A stretch of 64,000 nucleotides of DNA, from NCBI GenBank assembly GCA_002633005.1, contig NMRA01000045.1, forward strand, positions 675,552 through 739,551, in the 5' to 3' direction. Positions 24,944-38,152 of this stretch are shown piece by piece. The stretch is from Phoronis australis (taxonomy: Eukaryota > Animalia > Phoronida). Under the pieces are notes generated by a model. That model was not told the DNA's origin and searched no databases. It saw nothing but the letters and a program-made list of their open reading frames with translations. Every line of letters begins with the position of its first letter. Positions within the stretch are counted from its first letter, which is position 1. A program made the translations under genes and the position numbers.

Positions 24944-27896
24944 GAGTGACTCCATATAAAAACCAACAGGTCAAGTCTATACCCAAAATCACCGATTTTT
25001 TTGAAACTTAGCACATGACTTTGATTTGTTGAGATGTAGAAAAACCTATCTTTTTAAGAATTTTCATTCATTATTTTTCTTTTTATGACTTGTACCTCCA
25101 TTTTGCAACAAAATTGGGCTTCAAAGTAGGCATGTTTGAATGCATTTTACTAGCATGTGTGGTAAGGTGAAAACAAATGAATAATACGAATTGAAAGGGC
25201 AATGGCTGAATAATTTAATGGCATAACTTTCAAAATCCATTTTTAAATTGCACGTTTTGAATTTGTGAGGCAAAAACAGCTATTTTTCAGGTTTTCGCTG
25301 AAGCCATTTTCAGCCAAATTTGGCACTCTGTAGCAGCCATAACGCACCTTTCCTGAAACTGACTTTATAATAATTTGTTCAGTCATTCCTAACATGTTCA
25401 TAATCTAAAGTAAAAAATCTTGCCTCAAATGTAGTTTTTGCGTACAAAGCATTATACGAACTGCACTTCGTCCTTTTGCATGTTCTCAGTTGCCTGTGCT
25501 GCCAATAGGGGGCTCTTGGAACATATAATTAGCTTGTATTTTGGAGAAAAGGCAGACAGCATTATTAATTACGATTCTCTGAAAACGGCATTGATGATTA
25601 TTTCTTATTACAAAAAATGTGTACGTAAATCAACTGGCATGCGTGCTTCTAAATGATAGATGGCGCTGCTTTTGTTTACGTGGAGACTGAAGACGCATCT
25701 AGAATAAGAGCAGTAACGCAAGGACCTTGCTATAATTCAAGACTTCGCAAGATATTGCCCTGCATTTTAAATGAGAACACATGGTTTTGGATAAATTTTA
25801 GAGAGGTTGTAGTGTTACTGAACTCACCCCTGCCTTGTTTTTTATCTGCCTTGTTCGTGCCACAGGCAAAGGAAGGTACTCAAGGTGGACATGGCCCCCT
25901 AGTGTTCAGTGCAAAAAATCCTTCAACTTGTCAATAGTCATTGTAACTTTGGGTTCATATTGTAATGTCCCTGCTGGTTGCTACAAATTTTAGTCGCCTC
26001 CAGTCGCCAAAGTCTGGTGTCCCCCCCACACACACCGGACACCCTAACGCTGAATATTTCTGCCAGTGTGATCATCAGTGGTATAAAAAGGTACACATTC
26101 ACAGTCAATAGAAAATAATTCATGAGAGGCAATTATATTAATGACTCATTCATGACAGACATGAAGTAAACAGAAGTAACGGTCTCGACCTAGTTCTGCG
26201 TCTGTAGCAAAAAGTTTCGAGTAACCTTGCTGGGTACAAGGGAACTTTTGTTGAGGCTCTTCACTAGATACAATGCCAACCTTAAGTCTTGGTGTTGAAA
26301 ATCCGCCATGTCTAGAGATGTTAGTGTATTTGAGAGAAATAGGTTTCCCATTTTCTCAGTTTTTGTAAGAACTTACCGTCACCTACATGGAATGATTTCC
26401 ACTGACACGCGAATTCCTTGGGTGGAATAGTGGGAATTTAGGAAGGTGCTTGTACCAGGAACTGAGTATTTTGGAAAAGACTTTGTTGCATTGACTGAAC
26501 ATGCATACACATAACATCCCTTCACACGGCCACTGGAAAGTAGTGCTTCTTTCAAATCCAGAAACTTTATGATATTGTTACTTTCGGCTACAAAGTACTT
26601 TGCATGTTGTTTGAGTGGTAACGATCTTGCGATCACAGAAATCCTTTCCATTCTGACTTTCACTGAAGTCATATCTCGAAACAGAAATGCCTGTAGAATT
26701 TGACAAGGCTGCTACGTTCAGGAGGAGAGGAGCAGAGTAGTAACATCCAGCATTACCTGACTCTTCCATGACTGGTCCTGTTCAGTCAGAAATTCACCGA
26801 CTCTGGGTAGTACGAGTCCGTACTCTGGCAAAGGCCTTGCTTTGTGAGGTAGTTTCCTGTATCTTAAATGTTCAGTGGTGTCTTGGACATAACTCACTAA
26901 AGCACAAAGCTTTTGTGATGTTTTGCAGAATAAACTCTAAAGGAACATGAAGGCCCATCGACATCATCCGCCATTTTGTCTTTTTAAAATGCACTTGCTT
27001 CTCTCAAAACCAGTCATTACAAATATCAATTCTTACTCGTTTAATCTTAAAGACATTTATTTCCATTTAAAAGTTCTACGGAGTGTTTAAATTAACCTGA
27101 TTATGTAAAAGAAATGAAAGAATACAAGAGGGTTACACGTACATTTTTATATATCCTCAAGCTTAACCTCAACTGACTCCCTCAGTGGGCAAAGGTCATC
27201 GGGTTCAGTGTTGATACTAGCCGCGTAATAAACCCGAAAAACATCTTTTTTCATTTGAAAGAGTTTAGACTTGGTTTCTATAACTATTTAAAGCAGACTT
27301 TTTGCCTAAAAGTTTGTTCAAATGGTCTGTAAACTCTGCTCATCATTTCCAAACTATGAAAATAGACAGTTTTGCAAGACAATTTTCACTAAAGTGCAAA
27401 GTTGAGGCAAGATTTTTTATTGCTCAGTCATCAAGACTAACTCTTTAACTGCATGTTCAAAACATCACATAAGGCTACAAGATGTTTTATGGCAGTAAGA
27501 AGGTCACAAAAATGGCCACTAAAATTAGCCCCAAAAAATGGTCTGTGGATTATCTCCCCTGTCTAGCACAAAACTGTTAGATTTTAATAAATGGCACAGA
27601 ATTATGCACAGTATACGTTGGTTATTTCAGCCACTAAAATATAGCTTTTGATCTATTTTGTATGTTACTCATTTTTGTTGCTGAAAACATGCGATTTTTG
27701 ATACGGATAATATGCCCAATTGTGCCAATTTGTGTTATCATGCTCCAGCGGCGAAATTAGGGGTCATTGAGTGCACAAAATTTGGCATTTGGGTTTTTGT
27801 TAGGGTACCTACACATGTACAAAAAATGAAGTTGTTTTAAATTTTGACGTATAGACTGATTTTTGAAAATCTACTGGTTTTTATATGGAGTGCCTC
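24944..27896 (-). mobile_element. Decayed DNA transposon, Sola3-like
   Basis: TTAA|gagtgactccatataaaaacca..tggtttttatatggagtgcctc|TTAA; inverted similarity also deep inside (aaaaatcttgcctcaa / ttgaggcaagattttt). GAG..CTC ends with a TTAA target fit Sola3; Kolobok is the alternative. Confidence 0.75.
26420..26765 (-). pseudogene. Frameshifted DDE transposase fragment
   Basis: SGNAGCYYSAPLLL..RYDFSESQNGKDFCDRKI then frameshift to PLKQHAKYFVAESNNI..LKEALLSSGRVKGC; resembles SDNAGCYH..GKDxCDR transposase motifs as recalled, not searched. Confidence 0.65.
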
Positions 27897-28146
27897 TTAA
27901 GTTTCTGGACAGTACCATTTCAATTTTCACATCTTGGATACAGCTTTCCTGTTTCACAGAAGTAGAAGAACGTGCTGTATGGTTGACCTTGTTTGCGAAA
28001 GGTAGGATGGCTAACTTTTCATCGTTTCAATAATTTAAGGGTTTTCATTCTGTATCTAGGTTTGGGGAAAATTGGCAGTTTGTCATTGCTTGCAACCAGA
28101 AGTGGTACATTATATGACATATAGATGTTAATTCAAACTCTTTTAG

Positions 28147-28369
28147 CGACAACTGCTGAGAGGTTTTTCCGCATCGACGTCGCCCAAGAGAACCTGCACT
28201 ATGTGACAGACATCTCGTCGGAAGACTTGTACATTCTTGATCCTGGCCTGAACAAAGTGACCCCTAGTGTCTGCCTGACTCGATGCTCATCCATGTATCT
28301 TCAGGACTCCAACGAGAAACAGGAGATATACCCCTTTACTATGCCAGTCACCCCACCAAGATCCCCAAG
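28147..28369 (+). CDS. DGKZ: DGK exon
   Basis: tttag|[42 protein letters not shown]|gtaaac; phase 1 to 2. Confidence 0.92.
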
Positions 28370-28544
28370 GTAAACCATATTGTCCCGAAATGACTTGGTA
28401 ATCTTTTGTACAGAATTTACCAGCTTTGCTGAACTTCACTAAGAAAGATGCCGTGTGTTTAACAGATTTTACTGCTTTTGTGGACGAACATTATGTAATT
28501 TTCTGATATTTCATGCAAAGATGTGTGTTGCAACTACTACTGTT

Positions 28545-28721
28545 CGGTGACTAAAATAATCGGACAAGATTACCCCGTTGTAATTAAGCATAGCACAAAC
28601 AAAATTCCCCTACTTGATGTGTGAGGGCAAGTGGAATTCAAACCAGGGTAGCTTGAATGCCGCGTTATTATCCGTAATGATAGGGAATCGGCGTTTTGTT
28701 GAATTACTTTTGGCGTACTAT
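28545..28721. mobile_element. Tc1/mariner-like MITE
   Basis: aaaataatcggacaa / ttgttgaattacttttggcgtactata; same family as 7588. Confidence 0.5.
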
Positions 28722-28745
28722 ATACATGTTTTACTGACGTTTCAG

Positions 28746-28841
28746 TAGTTTCAGTTCGGCGAGTACCAGTGACCTACTCATGGCTGGACACTCTACTCCC
28801 GACCAGCTGCTCACAGTCCCAGGTCGTAACCAACATCAATC
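28746..28841 (+). CDS. DGKZ: DGK linker exon, 96 nt, frame-symmetric
   Basis: ttcag|SFSSASTSDLLMAGHSTPDQLLTVPGRNQHQ|gtaagt; phase 2-2. Confidence 0.72.
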
Positions 28842-31292
28842 GTAAGTCAATGTAATAGAAGCTGTTACTGACCAGTAATTGATTCAATTGAAATGAGCAC
28901 AGAGATATCTACGTGGATATTGAATGTTGATGGGTGTTCATAGGGCCAAACTATTGTCATGTGTGCTGAACAGAGACTGACAACTCTATCTGATGTGCGA
29001 TATCGAGAACTTGATCGTTAGCAGCCCACTGACTGTCAACACATGATAGAATGTCTGTACAGAGTTCACTCAGTGAAACATGACTTGTGTTCGTATGCCC
29101 AGTCATGTATTGTGTGTTTTAATCCAATGAATGTACTTTACTAACGTAAGGTAAGCGACTGTCTCTAATTATGAAATTGTCATACAAAGTAATGAGTTAG
29201 CATGAAAACAAATCTATGCGGAGCCTGAACATTGTTCTTAATTGTCTCCTTTTTAGGGATTTCCTTACTGCAAAAACAGCAATTTTATAATCGTCTGACA
29301 ACAACAACGTTGTCAACACCCACCATGACACAGGCTACATGGTAGTTGTCCCTAATATCCCATCACTGATATTTTTATTTGTTACATCAAATGGTCGTGT
29401 TCACTGTGCTATTGCACTCAGAAACGAGGAGATATTCAGTTGTTTAGAAAACTTTTTGTCAATTTTTTGTTGGCCTCTGTCGAAGCACTCCACTTTACAG
29501 GCCCGTTGGTTCTCAGAGCATACCAGACACACAGCACACCACCACAAGATATGGGCTGAAACATGTGACCGTATAACATCATTTTGGTTCCCTGACCTAT
29601 GTTATGTTTGGGCCATTTGTGGTGGCTGACGGGACCATGGATGTCATCTTGACTAGCAACAAAAATGAATCCATAATAGTGACGGAGTAGACCTTTCAAG
29701 GCATAATAAATTAATTCACAAATTCACTATGTTGCAATAAGTGATTTGTATAATTTATGTAAATCAGCATTTAGAGTAGAACTTTGAAGTTTCAGGCTTG
29801 TCGTTCATTGAGGATGTAAGGGACAGACAATGCTTGTAGGCGAGTGTCATCTTTCGGAAACTAAGTAAACTAACTACGCTTAAGCTATCGCTCAGCACAC
29901 TACAATTAAATTTTGTGTGTGATCTCTGTTCAGTGTTTATCAAAGGAAGGGAAGTTTTTCATAAATGATGTTTGCCAATAACCATTCCATTCTGATCTAC
30001 CTGTCTCTCTATGCTTGCTTCAATTGAATCGTACGTCTATGGAATATTGCTTCATGTCACGAGGCTTTCATCAGTACATTTTCCAAGTGTTTGTCAATTA
30101 TGATCTTTTCCTGTGATGTAATGACCTTTCAGATCCCAGTTTTGCTGGATGTCCTGTCATAGCAAATGCTGTAACTTATAGCGATTTGATCAAACCTTTT
30201 TGCACTTTGTTTTTCAATTGTTTGTGTATAATTTCAAGTTCAACACACCCCACCTGTGGCCGCTACATGGCATAACTTACTTGATTTTATCTTTCAAGGA
30301 CTAATCTCTAAGAGGCGTGCTTCCTTCTGCTGACTGACTATTTTTGATATCTTTAAGGCCCCACACAGTGCTAATTAGGTCTAGTCAAAATTGAAAACTT
30401 ATGACTGGACTAGCAGATGATAAATCTTCCTGCTGAAGCAATCAATGAACTGTAGCTTATGGTTTTGTCATACATAATTAGGAATGTTATGGATACATGT
30501 CAGTTCTCAACCATTGATTGCCTCTTACCTGTGGGTATTGGAATCGCCACATGTACCTCAGCTCCAGGACCTATGATTGGCTTCTTTTGTTTGGGGATAA
30601 GGGAACATTGATGTATGTATTTTTTAGCATTGCCTTAAAAAAATCCCCACAGCGCAGGCCATTTTCTACACTGTGGTGTATGAAAACGAAATCTGTCCTT
30701 AAATGACGACCGTTTCAGTCTATGAATGACAAGAATTGGTTAATACAACGGAGTTAAAGAGAAACTCATGCATTGCAACCATTCCGGGCTTTGCTATTCA
30801 AAGTTCATGGGGGTAATAAATCCATTATCTTCTTAGCCAGGACTGTTAACCCTTTGTTGAGCTGTGTTTACTTTCGAAGGCCAACTGGGACAATTGCAGG
30901 GTTCAGGGGAACCACTTTCACTGACCTTGTGTGTGAAGGGCAATGTGATTTACCACCACCTGTAAAATTCTAAGCGAATATGAATTACTGCCTCCAAAGC
31001 CCCAAATAACTGCTGCTCCTTTGTTGAGTAACCTCAGTCTTCCCTCTTTGGGCTTGCTGAGCCATAATAATGTGCTGTCTACCTAAACCCACAACAGAGC
31101 GCTTACCTGACTGATCTTAACCCCTCCCAAAGAATTTTGCGTAGGGGTGCGCCTAATGAACGCCTCATGTTTAGGAAACATGTACCGAAATAACTAACTG
31201 GTGTTCAAACGTAGCACTGCATGGGGCTTTAATGTTTCCTAATACTTCATTTTAACTGCTTGGTGTGTGGTATAAGCTTTTACATCTTGTAG

Positions 31293-31373
31293 ACGAGCAA
31301 ACTCGTGCCATGTCCCGTACCATCACCACAGTTATGAGAACGTAGTCGCACTTCCTGTGCCACCGTCTTATAA
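31293..31373 (+). CDS. DGKZ: DGK linker exon, 81 nt, frame-symmetric
   Basis: ttgtag|RANSCHVPYHHHSYENVVALPVPPSY|gtaagt; phase 2-2. Confidence 0.7.
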
Positions 31374-32350
31374 GTAAGTCCCGTGGATTGCTGTTGTCTT
31401 ACAATCAAAACTTTTATTAATTCACTGATTTAGATTTTTAGATTCGGGCATTTGAAATAATTATTTCGACACTTTGTCAAGCTCCTGTTTGATTTTCTGG
31501 TCTCGAGTGAAAAATTGAATGCATCTATTCTGTGGCAATTTGACTTAAAGTACAGTGTTCAAATCACATGGCTGTAATGCTCAAAGATATCCTTTCCCAG
31601 TCTCAGAATAAGTGGCAATAAACTCACCTTTATTCCGTCACAAAAACCAGCTTTTGAGTTTGACCACTTACCAATTGTGAATGGTCTCAAATTGTCCTTC
31701 AGTAAAATTGGAGGCGATTTCAAAGCTTTGAAAGAATTGATTGTTCACTGTTTCTTGAGACTAGGCTGTGGAAGTTAGCTTGTCAGTGAATGTCATTTTA
31801 TTCGCCAATATTGGTCTCAAGAAATAACAGTGGATCAGTGCTTTGCAAACCCAGTATTCGCTTCGCATCCTAGTGAGGAAAAAATTGAAACCAAGTGTTC
31901 AACGGTAAGTGGCCTAAATCAAAAGCTCGCTTCTTGGACGGAACACGGCCGAGGTTTATAGCTGCTTCAATACTCTCATGTTTCATAAAATATTCTTTAA
32001 CTCTGCTTTTTGGTCATACTTAATTTTCCTCTGCTTGCTGGTTTTGTGATATCTTAACTTCCTAGTTGGGTATCCTCAGGAAACGGCATTTCGTCTTAAG
32101 CGTGTGGCTCAGCAATAAATCGGGAGAAAATTGATGTGGAATTGTCTACTTTTCCCACCCAAATTGGTTAAAATTTTTATATGTTTGGTGGGTCTGTGTG
32201 ACCAAACTGTGTCTTTGATAAAAGCTGGACCAACATATTTTTGTATTGGTTTGAGATAGTTATTGAGCAGCAGGCCAATTTCCTGAGGAGATCCTACGGC
32301 TGACTGGTTGTGGAAGGTCACCTATTGCTAATCACGCTGTTATCTTGTAG

Positions 32351-32446
32351 TCTGCTCGCAGCGCCCACACGGCCCCTCAGCCCCTGCTTGTGCAGTGCCT
32401 ACTCTTTTGAGCACATCGCAAGACTCCAGGCCCTCTCTTACCCCGG
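32351..32446 (+). CDS. DGKZ: DGK linker exon, 96 nt, frame-symmetric
   Basis: ttgtag|LLAAPTRPLSPCLCSAYSFEHIARLQALSYP|gtatag; phase 2-2; GC-rich island in AT-rich intron. Confidence 0.62.
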
Positions 32447-32922
32447 GTATAGTCTTTCTGATGCTAATTTACTCGCCAACAGAGATTGCTTTAATTTTAA
32501 ATCAAACTTATTGAGAGAACAGACAGTACACGCCAAAAGAAATGGGACAAAGTGACCTAGAATTCCCTGAATGCAAACGAACTCCACTGCAATGAGTAGG
32601 AATGACTTGGAATTAGTGGAAATGAAACGAGGTTGACACTTGATGTGTATGTTGAAATCATGATTGTTAATTTCTGACAAAAATGATAGCCAGAATATAG
32701 TGCTTTTATATCTCACACGCTTCTAAAACTGTGGTGGATTGTCACATTTTTTCAAAACATCATCTGATGGTAGTTGTCAGCCATATTGTGTCCTAACTTG
32801 GTGACATCTTAACCGTAGTTTGGATGTTGTTCTCACTCCCGCTCATTTTCACACCGCAAGCGGAATTAATTTCCACGAAATAAAATAGGTAATTTGTCTG
32901 ATTACTTTTTGCGTGTCTTGTA

Positions 32923-33199
32923 GTCTGTTTCATGGTTACTTACGGTTAAAACAGAAATTAGGTTTTGTATGCTCCACACAACTATTTTAGAAAAATAATC
33001 AAAATTGATCTTTCTTTATCAAAAATACAAAGTATCTGAGAATATATCTATAACTTCTAGTTATTGAGATAATTTGCATATTAAATTATTTCTAGGCTGT
33101 GATGTGATAATAATTGCGCGACTAAATCTTTATTCAATTATTGTGATGTGGGAGCATCAAAGTGACTTACGTCTAAAGTCACTTTTCATGAACCAGACC
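32923..33199. mobile_element. Decayed Harbinger MITE of the 22341 family
   Basis: gtctgttttcatg..tgctccacaca / tgtgggagca..aagtcacttttcatgaaccagacc. Confidence 0.55.
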
Positions 33200-33727
33200 A
33201 TTGCAGTATTGATATTTATCACTTTGTAGTATTTTGCAAATAAAACCAGACAACTTGTGTTTTAAGATTTACAGATTATTATGAAGATCAGGACTAATTT
33301 ATCTCTTGGAAGTAGGGATGCTGTTATACACATCGTTAGTTCAACTACTTTGCATATACCGTTATAGTCAGTGTTACTATTGCAGTTATCATTCTACATG
33401 AATACCCTCTTCTGGTTGCGAACAGGTTTACTTAATATTGGTCTCTCAAGCTAACTTCTGTCATGATTTCCTCAGGCAATACAATTAAGACTTCTTTGAG
33501 CCTGTAGTTAATAATAAAAACTATTAATTGTTGGTTATCGACATTTGCCCTTATCTCTTGTGTTTGAAGTACGTCACTACTAAATTATGTTACTTCCTGA
33601 AATATCAAGTCATCGTTCAGTCAGCTGACAGTTCTTTTCATATTCATTTTGGTGCTGTCAACGGATTCATATTTCACTCCACTGATTTGATTTATGATTT
33701 TGACTTTTCATGGGATCCACGTTGTAG

Positions 33728-33825
33728 GTCGGAGCCCAGCTCTCCGCAGTTACACCGTCGCAGCATGAGTCGGTCTCCAGAGCCAATGGAGAACAACCAC
33801 CCTTCTCTGTCTCCCAGAGATAAAG
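33728..33825 (+). CDS. DGKZ: DGK linker exon
   Basis: gtag|SEPSSPQLHRRSMSRSPEPMENNHPSLSPRDK|gtatcc; phase 2 to 1, needed to reach the ankyrin exons in frame. Confidence 0.85.
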
Positions 33826-34336
33826 GTATCCTAGTGCAAACAATTTTGTAGTATAAAGCCTCGATGCAATACCTATGACTTGTTATGTAAATTATAGTGT
33901 CTTAACTACAGCTGCTTACATTTTAAGCACTGTTTAGGTAATATGACTATTACCTTGGAACACCCTGTTTCACACAATGTCAGGTGTCAAATGTTATGAC
34001 ATAATTTTGTGACCGTCGTAAAAATCCAGTTGTGAATCGAAGCAAGGTTACACTTTTTTTTCTATGGTTATACTGTGTACTGAATGTGTTGTTTTTGGCT
34101 TAATAAATGACTTCTTTCGTATTTTGTCTTTCTTCTAAAAGTGGCCATTTTTGACCCTCCGAAGTAGTGCTCGTTATAACTTTTGATTTTTATTAGGTGT
34201 ACAGTTCCATGATGAAGACTTTTTATAAGTACAGTTGTTAATAGCTGTAACTTTTTAAGCACACCACATGTTATGTAATGTTTTGTAACCCTTTTTACAT
34301 CATGTCCGTAAATTGATTGGAATGGTTTATTTTCAG

Positions 34337-34374
34337 CTCTTATCGATGCTTCTAAAAGAGGTGATCTTCATAAG
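34337..34374 (+). CDS. DGKZ: DGK exon, start of ankyrin region
   Basis: ttcag|ALIDASKRGDLHK|gtatgc; compare DGKZ LIEAAKRNDFCK. Confidence 0.9.
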
Positions 34375-35733
34375 GTATGCTTTGTGACTGTGCTGTGATG
34401 TGTATCTTGTGTCCTTGGGTGTACAGGGTGTGTAGTAATAGATCGCTCTTGTGAATAAATGATAATGACAACAGGAAATGATTCTCGTCAGTTTGAATCA
34501 GTTTTAGGTTTAACATTTATTGATTAAGTTTTTGTTGTTTGACGTCGGTCAGTTAATTTCTTTGGTTATCTGTATTGAAATATATACATATGGCCTCAGG
34601 CCCAAAGTATAGCATAAACAAGACAGTACACTGTCAGATGCGTTACAAACTGGGCAGTGAATTGTGATGTTTGAGAGCATTGGACAAATTTTGGATGCAT
34701 GGCATATGGAATTCTCATGAGACATTCAAACTTAGATTATTTCATTCATTTTGTCCCATCTCTGCACCTATTAATGTAAAGCACCTGTGTATAGACAATG
34801 TTACGCATTCGACAATTTCAGTCTCCATTCTCTGTCCTTTTCTTTTGATGCAATTCTTGGAGCACTGGTCTACTGAAGGATTTCTTTACACCCTGTTGCC
34901 AAAAGTTACTGCCCTTTTTCAATCCTGACATACAACCACTACACCTGAATACTACTAAGCTATATATTAGTTTTTGTATGGCCTTGTTGACAAGCCTGTG
35001 TCTTTTGCCAAATATCTGCAAAACTATAGATTTCAACCCAGTAAAAGTATAATAATTTCTGAAAGTAGGAAGCCTGGCACCAGGGAAGAAAATGACACCT
35101 GCAAAACATTGGTACCAACAGTATGACCTACTTTTGTTTAATATTTCTATTCGAGGTGAAATTTCGAAAAGGCTGTTACAGTTTTCTAAAGTATCATTTC
35201 GTTTTCGATTTATGCAACTTTTTTTTTTTTCAAGAATGTCAGGAGTCCTATTTTGTGATAGCTCCTCATGCAAAATTGAAGCGTTTTAAACATGTTGTGA
35301 ACACATCCACTACCACAAGAAACTAGAGGAACACCACTTTTATTCACCTTCACTCTTATCAGGCTTCTATTGTGAGTCAGCATGCGTGAATAATTGGCTG
35401 GTAAGCCACCTATGGAACTGCTTTTGACTGAATGGATGACCAGGGCATAAAATGATAATTAGCCAAGACCTTGCTGCATGGAATAGTTAATACCTTCATG
35501 GCAATTTTGAAAGAGTGGGCATCTTCTGCTAGTCTTTCGCCGAAAGTGTTTTAAAAAAACTTGGTTTACCGACCTCTGATTTTCTGGATTATGCAAACAT
35601 TAAGATTCAAATTTGCAACGTTTTCCGTTCTGCCATCATTATGCTATGGAAACAAGCAAAAATTGGCAACAATTCGTACAAGCAACAAAGAATATCTCAT
35701 AACATCCCCCTAGCCTTGGTGGAAAGCTGTATA

Positions 35734-36644
35734 CTGTATTGACCCTAATAAACGCCGCGGGCGCTTAGAAAAATTCATTTCACGGAGGGGACGCTTATTG
35801 TAGCCTAAGGCAGTTGAAACCCGGTTTCCGAAACGGGTAAAATCGGAAGCTAGGATTCATCAAATTTACGCTCTGTGACGTATTTGTAGCCTATGACAGT
35901 TTTTCTACAAAACTGTAGTGCATTGCTATCAAACTCTGTTGCTAAATTACGATCATTTTTCAAAAAACGTGCTGAAATCCCAGGGCGAAAACTTGCCGAC
36001 TGATACGTCGTTGAATCGCGATCATCGATAGGAAAACTTGAATTCTTGAATAAAAATACAGTTTTGACTCAACAAATTACCTGAAATCCTTCTTATGATT
36101 TACAATTTTAAGTTCATGTGGAGTCCAGATTAATTGCGATTAAGTCCAAATTTGCGTTACATCGTACCCACAACATGAGAAAAATCTGTGGATGAACACA
36201 CATGTTGTTGTCACGTGACGTTTGTTTTGAAGTTCGTCTGCGTATGAGAGCGAGCGCGTGCGGGTCATCGACAACAGACTTTGTTACAAAAGGCGGAGGA
36301 TTATGCAAGAAAATGGCGTTTATTAGATTGTTAAGTTGTACCAACATTTTTTTCTCTCCTCTTTTCAAATATTACACTACGTAAAACGTTCTCCATAAAA
36401 AGTATGGTCATCTGGGCTAGATTGTAATCAGCTGAACGTATCCGCATGAGCGAAGTCAATTATCCTCGCTGGTGACTCGATGAATAGAGCAGCTAGGCGG
36501 GATCCCTTTGATCGTGAGCTGAGCGCGACACAGTCAAGGTGGATAAATACAGTCTAGTTCAGTCGGCCAAACCCCACCGTTTTTCGTGATTGGTGGGGTT
36601 TGGGGCAATCTTATTTAGTGGGAATGTTTGTGGCATAAATACAG
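35734..36644. mobile_element. pogo/Tigger-like non-autonomous element
   Basis: ta|ctgtattgaccctaataaacgcc..gggcgctta start and aatacag end; CpG-rich interior. Confidence 0.5.
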
Positions 36645-36764
36645 TTCCTGAATCTGGAGATCTGAGCATTATTTGATATATGATATTCCAAAATTGGTCA
36701 TTTTCCTAGTGTTCTACATACGGTAACCTTAACAACTCGCTGCACTTTGTTGTTTCCATTTTAG

Positions 36765-36922
36765 TTCATGACTGTGCATCAAGAGGGTGCTGACCTGATG
36801 GCAACGGACCAGTATGGGATGACGGCACTGCACCATGCCGCTAGGTTTGGGCACAAGGACATTGTGCGTTATCTGATTGACAATGCATCGACTGAGATTA
36901 TTGACAAAGTGGACAAGGAGAA
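36765..36922 (+). CDS. DGKZ: DGK exon, ankyrin repeats
   Basis: ttag|FMTVHQEGADLMATDQYGMTALHHAARFGHKDIVRYLIDNASTEIIDKVDKE|gtaagt. Confidence 0.94.
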
Positions 36923-37988
36923 GTAAGTGACAATAAGATATAGTGAGCAATGACTGTGTATCGGTGAATTTTTTGGTCATTCACTTAATGAGCCAACATT
37001 TATTATCTTACCTAGAGCTGGTCAGATAATCTCCACATGCTGCATTTTCAGTCGAAAAAGCATGACATTACCTTGTGATGTCAAAGTCAATGCGGTGCGA
37101 CCATTTCTGCTTTGATAACTGGATTTCGTTTGTTCTGCTTTCTTTATTCATAAGTTGCTTCTTTCCTGAACTATTTTCGAGCGGACTCGCAAAATGTAAT
37201 CGATTTCCACGAAATGCTGTTGGGCAGTTCTAGGTGAGCTAATTTGTAGACCAGACAGTCTCACCACCTGGTGACTGTTTTTCGGTGGGCTACATTTACC
37301 GCACGTATCAGTGCGACGTTTTTTCAGGTGTTTTCTTGCTCTTCACAGTCATACCAATTCCTCTGACAATTTTGTGAGGTTTGAAAACTCCTTAAGATCT
37401 CTAGGTATGTCTGTAAAATTTCAAGTGACTGTAATTTGTTTGTTGACCTAATTGACAAGAGACTCCAGTACACCACAGCTGGCACCACAGTTGGCTTAAT
37501 AGCAAACGTGTGACATTAATAAGCACAGAATCAACTTTCACTTAACTCAGATTTAAATAGTGGTGTGCAGAAAAATGAAAAAACATTTTCTTTTCGTCAT
37601 GAACATTTTGCGATGTTAGATTTTTTTGCATATCCCTCAGGCGGGCCCTAACACAACATTTTTAATTTCGCAACACGTTGATTACAATTGATTAACACAA
37701 CTGCCTTAATTTCAATCCAAGTTGCCGTTCAAGTATACGAGATGCGGAATGTTGTCCTATGAAGGCTCCTTCACTCTTTCACGCCCAGATATAATGCTTT
37801 CTAACAATTTCTGGACTTAACTCCAATTGTTGTACATTATATATTTCGTAATAAACATTTAAAAAACACTCTTTTAGAAATAAAGCTCATTTGATCATGT
37901 CTTTGCTATATCTGAAAACTGCTATTCTTTGAGACATCCTGATCCAACGTTTGTCTGATCATGCCTTTGTTCTGTCTCTCACCACCAG

Positions 37989-38152
37989 GGGCCAGTCTGC
38001 CCTGCAGAAGGCTGCGTGGTACCAGCGTCGCACCATCTGTTGCATGCTGGTTAGCGCAGGCGCCTCTCTCACGAAGACGGATTATCAGGGTAATACACCG
38101 AGGATGCAAGCTCTCAAGGCTGAGGACTCGGAATTAGCGTCATACTTAGAGA
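37989..38152 (+). CDS. DGKZ: DGK exon, ankyrin repeats
   Basis: ccag|GQSALQKAAWYQRRTICCMLVSAGASLTKTDYQGNTPRMQALKAEDSELASYLE|gtaggt. Confidence 0.94.

Noticed and set aside
34818-35273. 151 aa minus-strand ORF
   Set aside because: Antisense within a DGK intron, AT-biased composition and no domain signature.
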